Below the pieces are notes generated by a model. That model did not search any database. It saw only the letters and a list, made by a program, of their open reading frames with translations, and had not been told where the DNA came from. A DNA stretch of 63,584 nt, the filler included, from Chiloscyllium plagiosum (Eukaryota), in the NCBI RefSeq assembly GCF_004010195.1. It is 3 parts of one record of this genome, joined end to end, with 100 filler letters (N's around TTAATTAATTAA, not from the genome) between each part and the next. Parts side by side here need not be neighbours in the genome. Positions count along the whole stretch, not along the records: positions 30,743 to 57,805 come from NC_057716.1; 2 more parts are not named here. One strand, 5' to 3'. Within the stretch, counting starts at the first letter, position 1; each line of letters opens with the position of its first letter. This document shows, piece by piece, positions 37,967 through 50,392 of this stretch. The translations under genes were made by a program, and so were the position numbers.

Positions 37967-38621
37967 AACTTTTATCTCCATCAATATGACAGGCACCAGC
38001 TGTTGACAGAACCAGCAGTCCAATATATATGTTTCCCGGTAGAAAATTGATTAACTGAAATAAATTGGAACACCAGAAGCAGGAATGTATAACATACATC
38101 CTGGTAAGAATTAGAGATTAGGTCTGGGAATACAAGAAAGAGGCAGGAGGCAGAGGGTACATTGAGAGAAGGGAACATAACATCTTTTGTTTACTAAGTC
38201 TCTCTTGTTCATTCTGAATATGGTGCACACATATGAATAGTCTTATGTACCTACACGCACACACAGACACCCACACACACAGAGACACACAGACGCACTG
38301 TCTCACACACAAACTCTCACACAGACATTAGGACACACATTCGCACACACAGACACACACACACATATCAATCATTGTTTGGCTATTCCATTTCAAATTA
38401 TCCTGTTTTATTTACACTGTCACTTGCCATTCCTTCTTGCGAATATATTCTCTTTCTTTCTCTACATTTGATTTTATTCTGTCTGTCAAGAAGACATTGG
38501 GGACTGGGAGGATGTCACTTTACTCCACCGTCACTGTCTTTTATTCCTTTCTGTTTCTTAGTCCATGAAAAATACATATTGTGTCTGACCCTTGAATCCC
38601 AATAAACAGGTCATTTTGTTT

Positions 38622-38866
38622 AAGATTCCCTACAGTATGGAAACAGGCCCTTCGGTCGAACAAGTCCACATCGACACTCAGAAGAGTAATCCGCCCAGAG
38701 CCATTCCCCTGCCCTCTATTCACCCCTGACACTATGGGCAATTTAGCATGGCCAATTCACCTAACCTGCATGTATTTGGATTTGGGAGGAAACCGTAGCA
38801 CCCGGAGGAAACCCACGCAGACACGGAGACAATGTGCAAACGCCACACAGACAGTTGCCCAAGGCT
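38622..38866 (-). mobile_element. 5'-truncated HE1-type SINE
   Basis: ggaaacaggcccttcgg...gggcaatttagcatggccaattcacc...ggaggaaacccacgcagacacgg. Confidence 0.85.
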
Positions 38867-41800
38867 GCTCAGTAAACAAAACATTTACTTTTGGGCTAAG
38901 ACTACAAAAAAATCTAAAAAGAAAAGGCATACAAACTGTGCAATAAGATGTTTGCACCTTTGCAAACAAATTATTGAATTACATTGTGTAAACGATAATT
39001 AACTGATAAGAGGTATGAGAGTATAATCCAGCGAAATCCGTATTTCTTGTGGATGTTCAGGGCAGTTGTGCCCAGAGACAGTTTTTATATTGAAAGTTGT
39101 TGTGGTGGAGGAGACATCAGTGTGGTAAAAACTTCTCGATTGTCTCTCTGTACTGATTTAGGGGGCTGCAGAGTTAGGGCTAGAGAATTGCGCTGCTGGG
39201 TAGCTCTTCCAGAAGTAGGTACAGACACGATGGGCCAATGGCCTCCTTCTGTACTGTCAATTCCATAACTCTATGAGGATGATCGAAGTTCGTCAAAGCT
39301 CTTTATATTATGAAAAGCATCCTGCAGACTTGAAAGTAGCGACTGTGATCTCAAATATGTAGAACAGGAGAGAGAGGGAAACCAGAATATCAACTGATGC
39401 CAGTTGTCAGGAAAATATTAGATGCTTTTAGTAAATAATAATAACTAGATATTTGAAGAATAATAATATGATTTGCAGAGTCAGCCTAGATTCAGGAAAG
39501 GGAAATCATTTTTGAAAAAGCAATTGTAGTTTGTGGAGGATGTTGATTGTGACATGGACAAATGAGAACCAATGGGAACGGTTTGTTTGAATTTTCAGAA
39601 GACTTTTGACAAGTGAGTGAAGAACATTAGAATCCTTGTCTAAGGGGTGAATATACTACATGGATTGAGAATTGGATAATGAGAACAATACAGAGAGTAA
39701 AGTCTTGCTCTGGACTGAAATTCATTGCTCATAGGGATCACATTTATCAGTGCACTGCTGTTCACAAGGAAAAGAAATGATTTGAATGTGAGCAACAAAT
39801 GCAGTCCTTTTCATTTTGCATTTATTAGAAGATGAGAGATTGGCAACAACAGTCATTGAATAGGACCTGTGTGTTCTTGGTCTTGAGTCACTAACACAAT
39901 TTATAAATGTCAGCAAGTAATCAGGACAGTGAATGGTATGTTTTCGTTCAGTATAAAATGATTCAAGTAAAGGAGGAAAGACATCATCCTGTAGTTGTAG
40001 AGTGTTGCTGGGACAGTATTGGGGCACTGGTGACAGATTTTCTCTCTTTTACAAGGAATGATTTAGTTGTAACTGAGAGTGCAAAGGAGTTTCAAAAGAC
40101 TAATTCCTGCTTATAAGGAGAGTGGGAGGGAAATGAATGTTTAATCTGTAGCACTGTGACAGAATAACAAGCGATTACATTTAAACTTGAGGATTAAAGA
40201 CTAACATTTCTTATGTCCAGAAAACAGATGGTGGTTTTGTGAGAAATTGCATTTTCCCCATGATAAGTGATTCCCAGTAGTACACGTACCAGTGTGGAGA
40301 CCCCATGTTGGTTGAGAGGGAGCTCCAGGCTCTGAATGAATTTTCACCGTTTCAATGTGCATCTGATGTGTGTATCTGCACTGTTCATAAATCTATCAGC
40401 AGCCTTAATGCCCTACTCCTAAAATAGTTCGCCATTCCCACCAGCGTCTGACCTCTATAGGAGTACAATAATGTCTTCTCGGAGATAGAAGGCATTTCCT
40501 TGAGACTTGGCATAATCCATTCACTTTTCCCCCTCACGTTCAGCAAGCCAAGTTAAAGTCACACATACGTACCACGAGCAAAGGAACCAGGAGGAACAAC
40601 ACAGTGCAGTCTATCTGCGTAGACTCTACTTCACTCTTTGTCATGTTGGGGCATCAAAGACATTTTCCTATTTCTGTACACGTGGTTTGATAGGCTGAAT
40701 GGCCACGTCCTGGTCATCTGGAAGCAGCTCAAGGACCTGACTTGGCGACTCCGGTTCCTGTTTAACACCTCGATGTGCTGACTACAGTCCTTCCCTCCTT
40801 GCGTAATAGGCAGGAGAGTCTGAAAGGGCTTGTCCAATAGTTTCAATCGATTGAATGGCGTCCTTGTATTCTGTTCAAACCACCTTGAGGTGCTGAGTGA
40901 GCTCCTCGTATTTAACTGTGGAAATGAGCAATGTCTAGCAGGACTGTTACATGAATGCACTTCAGCAGCACAGTTTAAATGCTATCTAGGACTTGCTGCA
41001 CATGGACACAGACTACTTCAGCGGCAGAGAGCTGAACACGATGTGATCTTCAGTGAACATCTTCCCTACTGACAGTATAATGCTGGAAAGGATTTGAAGC
41101 AGCTGAAGAAAGCTACCTTGAGCATGCAGGCGGAGGTGTCCTGTGACTGAGATGATTGATCCTCACCAAACACAAACATCTTCCCTTGTGCTCTGAATGC
41201 CTCTAGCCAGTGGGGAGTTTATACTTCATTCCCATTTCATTGAATTCTGTCCGGGTTCTTTGATACCATCCTCAGTTAAATCCTGCCTTGCCAACAGGGC
41301 CAGTCACCCTTACCTTTTGTTCATATCTTTTATTCATGTCAATAGGTCACAGTGTGTATGTGAGGAGTGTTTCCTTCTCACAGAAGGTAGTGACGGTCGG
41401 GACTTCTCTATTCCAGAGATTGAAGGGAGATAGATCACTGAGATGTTTGGAAGGATGGCACAATGAACATTTGAGGCATCAGAGAGTCGAGGGCTGCAGG
41501 GATTGGGCACAAAAGAGGAGTTGAAGTTTCGGCAGGTCAGCCATGATCTTATTGAAGGGAAAGAGAAGCTTGAGGGGGTTTGAATGACCTATTCGTGTTT
41601 GGTATGTTCTCTCATTCTTTTATTGGAAAGTTATTTTCCTGGAATTCCTGTTATTGAGTGTTGCAGTCAGGGCCACTGATGGATTTTGTGAGCCAATTCT
41701 GGGTAAGTTATGGGAGCTGTATTCACAGTGACTCTGGGTCTACAATATGACCAACAAATGAAGCCAGTTCTGTAAAGAGAGAGGAGCGGGCCATTTCACG

Positions 41801-41880
41801 CCATCACCCACTCTTTCTTTTCCAAGGAACAATTTCCAACGTCATACCAAACTGTGCGTGAGAGTATTCAGACACTAAGC

Positions 41881-42072
41881 GGAAGTGAAAGCTGCAGATG
41901 CTGGAGATCAGAGTCGAGAGTGTAATGCTGGAAAAATACAGCAGGTCAGGCAGCATCCAAGGAACAGCATAATCCACGTTTCTGGAAGAAGCGTATGCTC
42001 AGAAACACCGATTCTCCTGCTCCTCGGATGCTGCCTGACATGCTGTGCGTTTACAGCGCTACACTCTCGAGT
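41881..42072. mobile_element. Palindromic Penelope-derived element (diverged)
   Basis: Head ctgcagatgctggagatcagag, with arms tcgagagtgtaa.../...tacactctcga. Confidence 0.75.
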
Positions 42073-43494
42073 CTTCAGGCACTGAATGATCTCCTCTCTT
42101 TCTCTGCACTAAGTTATCGGAGTAAATGAACTCCAAATGTTCCTATCTTGCAGGTTTGAGGAACTGAATGGAACATAGGGAAGTAGGACTGAGGAGTCGG
42201 AGTGTGTCGTTAGACACTTTAAGCCTTCTCAACTAGGCAGTAAGATCGTGGCTGATCTGGATGTGGTCTCAGCCCCACTTCCATATCTGTAGTTCATTGT
42301 CCTTTACTGTCCAAAATCGAAGTACCATAGCTTTGACTAAATGCAAACACACAGGCATCACAAACTTCTGGGGAAGAGCATTCCCACTCAAACAACCCAT
42401 TGTGAATTTCTCCTCATCCGTGTTCAGACTGGGGTTGGACGGACCACTGTTTCATTTTCTAGTCCCGTTCCTCCATTGATCATGATAAATTTTAAATGTT
42501 ACCAGGTTGGTGATATGACCAATGATATAGTTCTCAGACTAGGTCAGTTTATTTGCTGGGGACAAGTCAGTTCGATATCTTACATTTGCAAAAATAATTC
42601 ACCAAAGTAAAGTTACTCAAAGCTAAGATGGAAAAATACATGGCAAACAGTTTGGACAAATATGTACATCAATATTTATCTTTCAATGGATACTAAGATG
42701 CTGTTTGTGTATACATCCAGACACACACACTAAGACACAAGCAGTGTCACACACACAAGGGCACACAGACACACACATACACATGCCTAAAGGCAAGCAG
42801 GAAAAAAACTCTGCAAAATATCAGCTCGAAAGAGCTTTGTACAAGGAATAGTTTAACTCAAGACAAAAGTAAAATAATTACATGTTTTTCTGCCTTTGAG
42901 GTTATTCTGCTCACACAAGTAGGATTTATTCCTGGAATCGTCGGATTCCCCTGAATTCCCTTTGATTTTAGGCAGTGGGGAGATGCCAATGATTCCTCAA
43001 CAGTAATCCTACATGAATGGTAAAGTTGACTGACCGGTTTTCATCTCTCGTACATTGCTGGGAGAAGGAACAAGGAAAGCGAGGGAGCAATAAGCAATGG
43101 CTTCTCCACAATGTTGCATTTTCTCCACCTCTGAGCAGAAATATACAATAATGTTATCTGAACACCAAACTGGACCACATGAGGCCTCCTTGAACATTCT
43201 CGGAACTCTATGTCTCCATCCCTGTTCTCTGTTCCGTGTAGGAGTTTTAATGAAGATACGTTTGTATGTGTCCTCATATTTTTGTCCAATACAATCATGT
43301 CTTCATAGTATTTGTTTTCTTATACTATGAAAAGAGTATGTAAAATATACATGTTGTTTTCTTAAATTTGAATCCTCAGTTCTAGACTGCCATATCAGAG
43401 AAAATGTCCACAGGCTATGCACCAGATATACTCTCCACAATGTCTTATACGGTCCAATAGGAACGCCTCTCATTCTCATTCCTGAAGTGCTCTC

Positions 43495-43850
43495 GCCTTA
43501 TGGAGGTTTATAACATCATGTGGAGCAAGGAAATGGTGAAGATCCAAGAACATTTTCCACGGTTAGGGTAGTCCAAAACTAGAGCACATAGATTGAAGGT
43601 GAGGGGAGAAAGATTTACAAGGGACGAAGTGGTAACTTTTCACAGAGTGTATGGAATGAACTGCCAGAGGAAATGTTGGAGGCTGGGACAGCTACAGCAT
43701 TTAAAACCCATTTGAATGAAGCCATGTGAGTGAACACGAAGGTTTTATGGGATATGGGCCAAGTGCTGGCAAATGGAACGTGATTAATTTAGGACATCCG
43801 GTCAGCATGGACATGGTGCACCAAAGGGTCTGTTTCCGTGCTGTATGGCA
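43495..43850 (+). mobile_element. CR1 LINE 3' end
   Basis: tggaatgaactgccagaggaaatg...ggatatgggccaagtgctggcaaatgg...tctgtttccgtgctgtat. Confidence 0.8.
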
Positions 43851-43942
43851 GAATAAGGCCTTCTTTCCAGGAGCAAGTACAGTGAAACATCTTCGCAAAG
43901 CTTCTAAAGCGATTGAGTATATTTATTTATCAGTTTATGGAA

Positions 43943-45839
43943 TCATCACTGCCCAGAATACATCAGATGCTGACTCAGACCTCCCCTGTACAGATGCAGT
44001 AAAATATCCTGATAATCTTTTCATGAAGTAATCATTCCATATACCATCCTAATTACTTGCTGCATCTGCATACTAACCCCGTGTGATGTATATACCAGGA
44101 TGAGCAAATGCCTTTGTACAACTGAGTTTTGTGATCTCTCTTCTTTTCGTTAGTTTACTGTTGTTTTACCCTTCTGCCACAGCCATTTTAGCCATGCTAC
44201 CCCATGCCATCCTATTTCTGCTGAAGGTTTGCACACTAAATTTCCCTGTCTATATCACATTACAGACTCTTTACCTCCACTTGACATCTTACCAAATGAC
44301 TATCCTGGTTGTTGACCCAATTGAGTTCCATCTCATCAGTTCCCACACGCAAATCATTGACAGTTTCTAAATAGTTTTTGATGTTGCACTGATCTCTGAG
44401 GCACTTCACCAAGTTAAAGATTTCCAACCCGAAAATAAACATTTATCCCGACTATCTATTTCCTGATAGTTACCCAGGGCTCCTCTGTTCCTGTCTAGCA
44501 ACCTAGAAATTAGGTTTGACCTCCTCTTGTGCTGTGTAATGTACTTAAATGGCTGAAGAACTTCATCCTACTCCTTTGTAAATGCTTAGAGGGGCAGAAA
44601 GGTCTCCTCATGTCTCATTAAATCGATCCTGACTGGCTGAATGGGATCTTCCTTACCTTCTGTAACAACATCGAGGGGTTGAGTAAGTGAACAACACATG
44701 AATCAAGAGCAGCATGTGGCCATTCAGACCCTCAAGCCTGTTGCACAATTCAGAATGCTCATTGTTGATGTGATTGTACCTAGGCATCCCTTTCCTATCT
44801 GTTCCCAATAAACATTGATTCTCTTGTTCATCAAAGATCTATATAACTCCACCATGAGTGTTTTCAGTAACCCAGTCTTCACTGCTCCTTGTCATCACTG
44901 CCCAGAATACATCAGATGCTGACTCAGACCTCCCCTGTACAGATGCAGTAAAACATCCTAATAGTCTTTCATGAAGTAATCATTCCATATACCATCCTAA
45001 TTACTTGCTGCATCTGCATACTAACCCCGTGTGATGTATATACCAGGATGAACAAATGCCTTTGTACCACTGAGTTTTGTGATCTCTCTTCTTTTCATTA
45101 GTTTACTGTTGTTTTACCCTTCTGCCACAGCCATTTTAGCCATGCTACCTCATGTCATCCTATTTCTGCTGAAGGTTTGCACGCTACATTTCCCTGTCTA
45201 TATCACATTTCAGACTCTTTACCTCCACTTGACATCTTACCAAATGACTATCCTGGTGGTTGAGCCAATTGAGTTCCATCTCATCAGTTCCCACAGGGAA
45301 ATCATTGACAGATTCTAAATAGTTTTTGATGTTGCACTGATCTCTGAGGCATTTCACCAAGTCAAAGATTTCCAACCCGAAAATAAACATTTATCCCGAC
45401 TATCTATTTCCTGATAGTTACCCAGGGCTCCTCTGTTCCTGTCTAGCAACCTAGAAAGTTGGTTTGACCTCCTCTTGTGCTGCGTAATGTACTTAAATGG
45501 CTGAAGAACTTCATTCTACTCCTTTGTAAATGCTTAGAGGGGCAGAAAGGTCTCCTCATGTCTCATTAAATCGATCCTGACTGGCTGAATGGGATCTTCC
45601 TTACCTTCTGTAACAACATCGAGGGGTTGAGTAAGTGAACAACACATGAATCAAGAGCAGCATGTGGCCATTCAGACCCTCAAGCCTGTTGCACAATTCA
45701 GAATGCTCATTGTTGATGTGATTGTACCTAGGCATCCCTTTCCTATCTGTTCCCAATAAACATTGATTCTCTTGTTCATCAAAGATCTATATAACTCCGC
45801 CATGAGTCTTTTCAGTAACCCAGTCTTCACTGCTCCTTG
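43943..45839. repeat. Tandem duplication, 2 x ~949 bp
   Basis: tcatcactgcccagaatacatcagatg occurs at 43943 and 44892; paired ORFs at 44131/45079. Confidence 0.95.
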
Positions 45840-46134
45840 GGCATGAGAAGACCACAGACCACACAATCCTAAAGAGAAAGGAACATCCCATTCCCAGCCT
45901 GAAATAGGAATGCCCTTATTCTCCAAATGCGTTCCCCTCAAACCAATCATCATTCTTTTGACACAAGGACACAACAGTGAGGAACAGATATAGACCATTC
46001 AGCCCCTCAAACCTGTAGAAATTTCCATTAACCCTCGACAATCAAATACTGACCAGATTAACCTCCACTGAAGTTAAAGGAATTCCAGGTACAATATGTT
46101 CACAAGAATTCAAGAAATTAGAACAGCGAAAATT

Positions 46135-46890
46135 GAGCAGTACAGCACAGTAAGAGCCCTTCAGACGTCAATGGTGTGCCGACCTTTTATCCTCCTCTAA
46201 GATTAAACTAAACTACAAAGCCTTCATCTTATTATCATCTATGTGCCTATCCAAGAGTTACTTGAATATCCCTAATGTAGATGATTCTACTACCTTGCTG
46301 GCAGTGCATTCCACGCACCTATCACTACCTGTGTAAACAACCTGTCTCTGACATCTCCCCAAAACCTTCCTGCAATCACATTAAAATTATGTTTCCCCCC
46401 TGATAGCCATTTCCACCCTATGAAAAAGAGTCTGCTTATCCATTCTACCTGTGCCTCTCATCATCTTGCACACCTCTATCAAGTCACCTTTCATCCTTCT
46501 TTACTCTAATGAGAAAAGCTAAAGCTTCCTCAAAACTTCTTCATAATACATGCCCTCTAGTACAGGCAACATTCTGGTAACTCCCGTCTGCACCCTCTCG
46601 AAAGATTCCATATTCTTCCTTAAATGGGGTGAACAGAACTCAACACAATAATCCCAGTGTGGTTTCATCAGGCCTCCATGGAGCTGCAGCATAATCTCGC
46701 AGCTGTTAACTCAATCCACCAGTTTATGAAAGCCAACACATCATAGTCATTCTTAACAGCCGTACCACCTTGAGGGCTTTGGCAACTTTGAGGAATCTAC
46801 GGACGTGGACCCCAAGATCCCTTTCTTTCTTCACACTGCCAAGAATCCTACATTAAACCCTGTAATATGCATTCAAATTCAACCTTTGAA
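46135..46890 (-). mobile_element. CR1 LINE 3' region
   Basis: Reverse complement of a CR1 ORF2 end and UTR similar to 17100-17770. Confidence 0.8.
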
Positions 46891-47944
46891 AACGACTCTC
46901 TCCTGAAAATGGGATTTTGGAGCAGAATTAGGCCACTTAACCCATTGGATCTGCTGTGCCATTAGATCACAGGTGAAGTGTTTCTCACCTACATTCTCCT
47001 GCCTTCTCCAACTGATCATTGATTCCCTAATTAATGAAAAGCTTACTTATCTCTATCTTAATGAAACTACAGTGTCTGTGTACAGGAGTGTGCATGTGTT
47101 TGTTTGTGTGTCCATATCTGTATGTATGTGTGTTGTGTGTTTAACGTGTCTGTGTATGTTTGTGTGTATCTCTGTGAGATGAGGTCATGCCGTTTTTTGT
47201 GGTAAATCCATTGAAATTGAGATCAACCCCTCACCCCCCACACACCTCTACGTCTGACCCTGTTAAGTATATAGTTCTACAATGCCACCCTCTGCTCGCC
47301 TCCCCATGCCATTGCATTCGTGTCAGTTTTTTGTTTCTTTCAGAGGACATCAAATACTATCAATCTCTCACATTGCATGGCTGTTTGGTTTTTCAAATAA
47401 TATCTTTGGAAGCACAGAGCAGTTTCGTCTGATATCTAGCAATAGCGTTCCTGAGATATTACCAACACTGCTGTGTCAGTTTCAGGACTTTTCAATCTTT
47501 TCTCATTTATAATTTGTAGGAGTGTATTGTAAAAGATTTCAAGTAAATGAACGTGCAATAACTCCATTGCATCAACTTACAAATTGCTTGGATGCATTTG
47601 CGGTGGAGATACTCATTAATTTATGCACTCTGTGTCAAGAATAATCTTCAAAGACAAATAACTTCCACATTGCAGAGTGAGCATAGATATTACTTTACAT
47701 GAACATTCTCCAGTCTGAGGGTCTTCAGTATGATTACCATCCTCCTTATACCAAACTGTATGTGCGTGTGCAGATGGTTCTGTCAGTTTGGATGGCGCTA
47801 TGAGCTGCCTCCCTCCCCCTCCATCCCAGACTGAATTCCTGATGATTGTCACCCTGCGGTGCTGTCAACACAGAGGAGTGTGAAGGCCAGCAGAGGGGGA
47901 CATTGCATCACTTTAAACACCACAGAGGCTGACAGATCCGCTGT

Positions 47945-49440
47945 GCACATGGACACACAGATACACACAGAGACGAATACAGTCACGCAGACAAAACACA
48001 GAGATGAAAACAGACACGCAAATACACAAAGAGACAAATACAGACACGCAGATACACACAAAGATGAACACAGACACACAGATATACACATAGACTAACA
48101 CAGATACGCTGGTACGCACAGAGATGAATACAGAAACGCAGATACACACAAAGGCGAATATAGACATGCAGATACACACAGAGATTAATGCAGATGCACA
48201 GGCGCACACAGAGACAAATGCAAACGTGCAGCCAACAACAGAAACAAATACAGGCACACAGAGACAAATACAGACAGGCAGATACACAACAGAGATGAAT
48301 ACAGGCACGCAGATCCGCATAGAGACGAATACAGACACGCAGATACAGAGATGAATAGATTCACACAGATGCCCACAGAGATGAACACAGACACACAGAG
48401 AAAAACACAGACGCGCAGATAAACACAGAGACGAATGCAGACACACAGATACTCACAGAGATGAATGCAGGCATGCAGATAGACATAGAGACGAACACAG
48501 ACATGCAGATAGAGTTATGAATGCAGGCATGCAGATAGGCATAGAGACAAATACAGACACGCAGATACAGAGATGAATGCAGGCACGCAGATACACGCAG
48601 AGACACGCAGATACGCAAAGAGACGGATAGAGACACAAAGATTCACGCCAGATGAATACAGACACGCAGATACACAGAAAGCCAAATATAGACGCGCGGT
48701 TACACACAGAGACGCATAAGGTCAAACAGATACCCACAGAGACGAATACAGATACACATATACACACAAGTTGAACACAGACACACCGATATAGACAGAG
48801 ACAAAAATAGACGCGCTGATACACACATAGATGCGCAGATACACACAGAGACGAATAGAGACACGCAGATACACACAGATGTGAATACAGTCAGATACAC
48901 ACAGAGACGAATACAGACATGCAGATGCACACAGACACAAATACAGGCAAGCAGATACGCACAGAGACAAATACAGACATGCAGATAAACATGGTGATAA
49001 ATGCAGAAACACAGATACACAGAGAACGTATACACACAGAGTTGAACATAGACACACCAATATAGACAGAGACAAAAATGGACGCGCTGATACACACAGA
49101 GATGTGCAGATACACAAAGAGACGATTAGAGGCACACAGATACACACAGAGATGAATACAGACACGCAGATACACACAGATGTGAATACAGTCAGATACA
49201 CACAGAGACGAATACAGACATGCAGATGCACACAGACACAAATGCAGGCACACAGAGACGCACAACGATGAATGCAGAAACGCAAGTACACAGAGAGACA
49301 AAATCAGACAAGCAGAGACACACAAAGATGAATGTAGATGCACAGACACACACGGAAACTGATGCGATAGCACAGATACTAATACAGACACACAGAGACA
49401 AATAACGATACGCAGATGCACATGCACACACGGATACCCA
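47945..49440. repeat. ~30-bp CA-rich degenerate minisatellite
   Basis: Unit approximately ACAGACACGCAGATACACACAGAGATGAAT; it produces the spurious Cys/Val-rich ORFs. Confidence 0.9.
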
Positions 49441-49655
49441 GTCATCACTACACTCACTGACACACTGCCGTTTATATAAACATTGGGAATCTGCCAGTGA
49501 TTATTTTTCACGTGGTGACTTTCTCAATATTTCACTCACTCTGTGTGGCTTGTGTCAATCTTTCTGCTGTTCCATAGGTAAATCTCTGCATATTCTCTAT
49601 AGCTTCCACCTCTGTCCTTTAATGAGGTAACCAGAACATGGTATTACAAGTGTGG

Positions 49656-50388
49656 TGTTATGACACGGCGATGAATCCTTCTGCTAATTAAACCAAACAC
49701 TCAGAAAAGCTCACCTTGCTCATAATCTGTTAAAGTCGAGGGACAGAGAGCTCGCAAATTCCACTACTTCATAGAAAATAATATCAATGTATTCCTTAAT
49801 TCTAAAAGTGAACATTGAATAACAACAGTTATTCCCAACTCTAAGCGTCCCTTTCTCTGAACTGTTTGTTATCTTCCTCCACCTTTAACAATATACTCTT
49901 CCAATTAAAGAAAAATTGTATTAAAATTACATAAACCAGTGGCTGCAGTCTCCAGTGCCCTCCTTCTTTCCACTGAATATCTCCCTGGGTCATATTCTGT
50001 CTTTTAATGCAAGGGCTTTTCATCCAAAAAAAACTGTATCTTGCACAGAGATTGTTGTTTATGGCAGACTCTCACGATGGTAGTTTACTCTCTATCTAAC
50101 TTTCAAAATGCGTGCCTCTTTATTGCCTCAACATCAGCTCATCTCCTTGTTGTGATGTTGGTAAAACAATCAATTTAAAATCGATTGGGTTTAGTAAAGT
50201 GGGACATAATTTCAACTTGATTGGTTAAATTCGAATAGTTGTTAAAAGAGCAATCAGAGCTCAACATATCTGTTTCACAGCCAGATGCTACATAGTTTCA
50301 ATTGTCCAGTACACTCTGAAAATATTAGCTAGTCATGTGACAAGTACGTGTAAGCTCGCAATGCAGAACAGCATTCAACTTTATCACA
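49656..50388 (-). mobile_element. Solo LTR (733 bp) with 4-bp TSD, inserted in a CR1 LINE
   Basis: Termini TGTTATGA...TTATCACA; GTGG at 49652-49655 and 50389-50392; the host LINE rejoins across the insertion. The orientation is inferred. Confidence 0.8.
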
Positions 50389-50392
50389 GTGG

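Noticed and set aside
47616..47852. Ig/TCR V-like ORF (VWYKE...C)
   Set aside because: It has no proper Cys-Trp-Cys spacing, YxC motif or RSS.
47913..49511. Long Cys/Val-rich ORFs (up to 206 aa)
   Set aside because: They are translations of the TG-rich strand of a minisatellite and are open in multiple frames.
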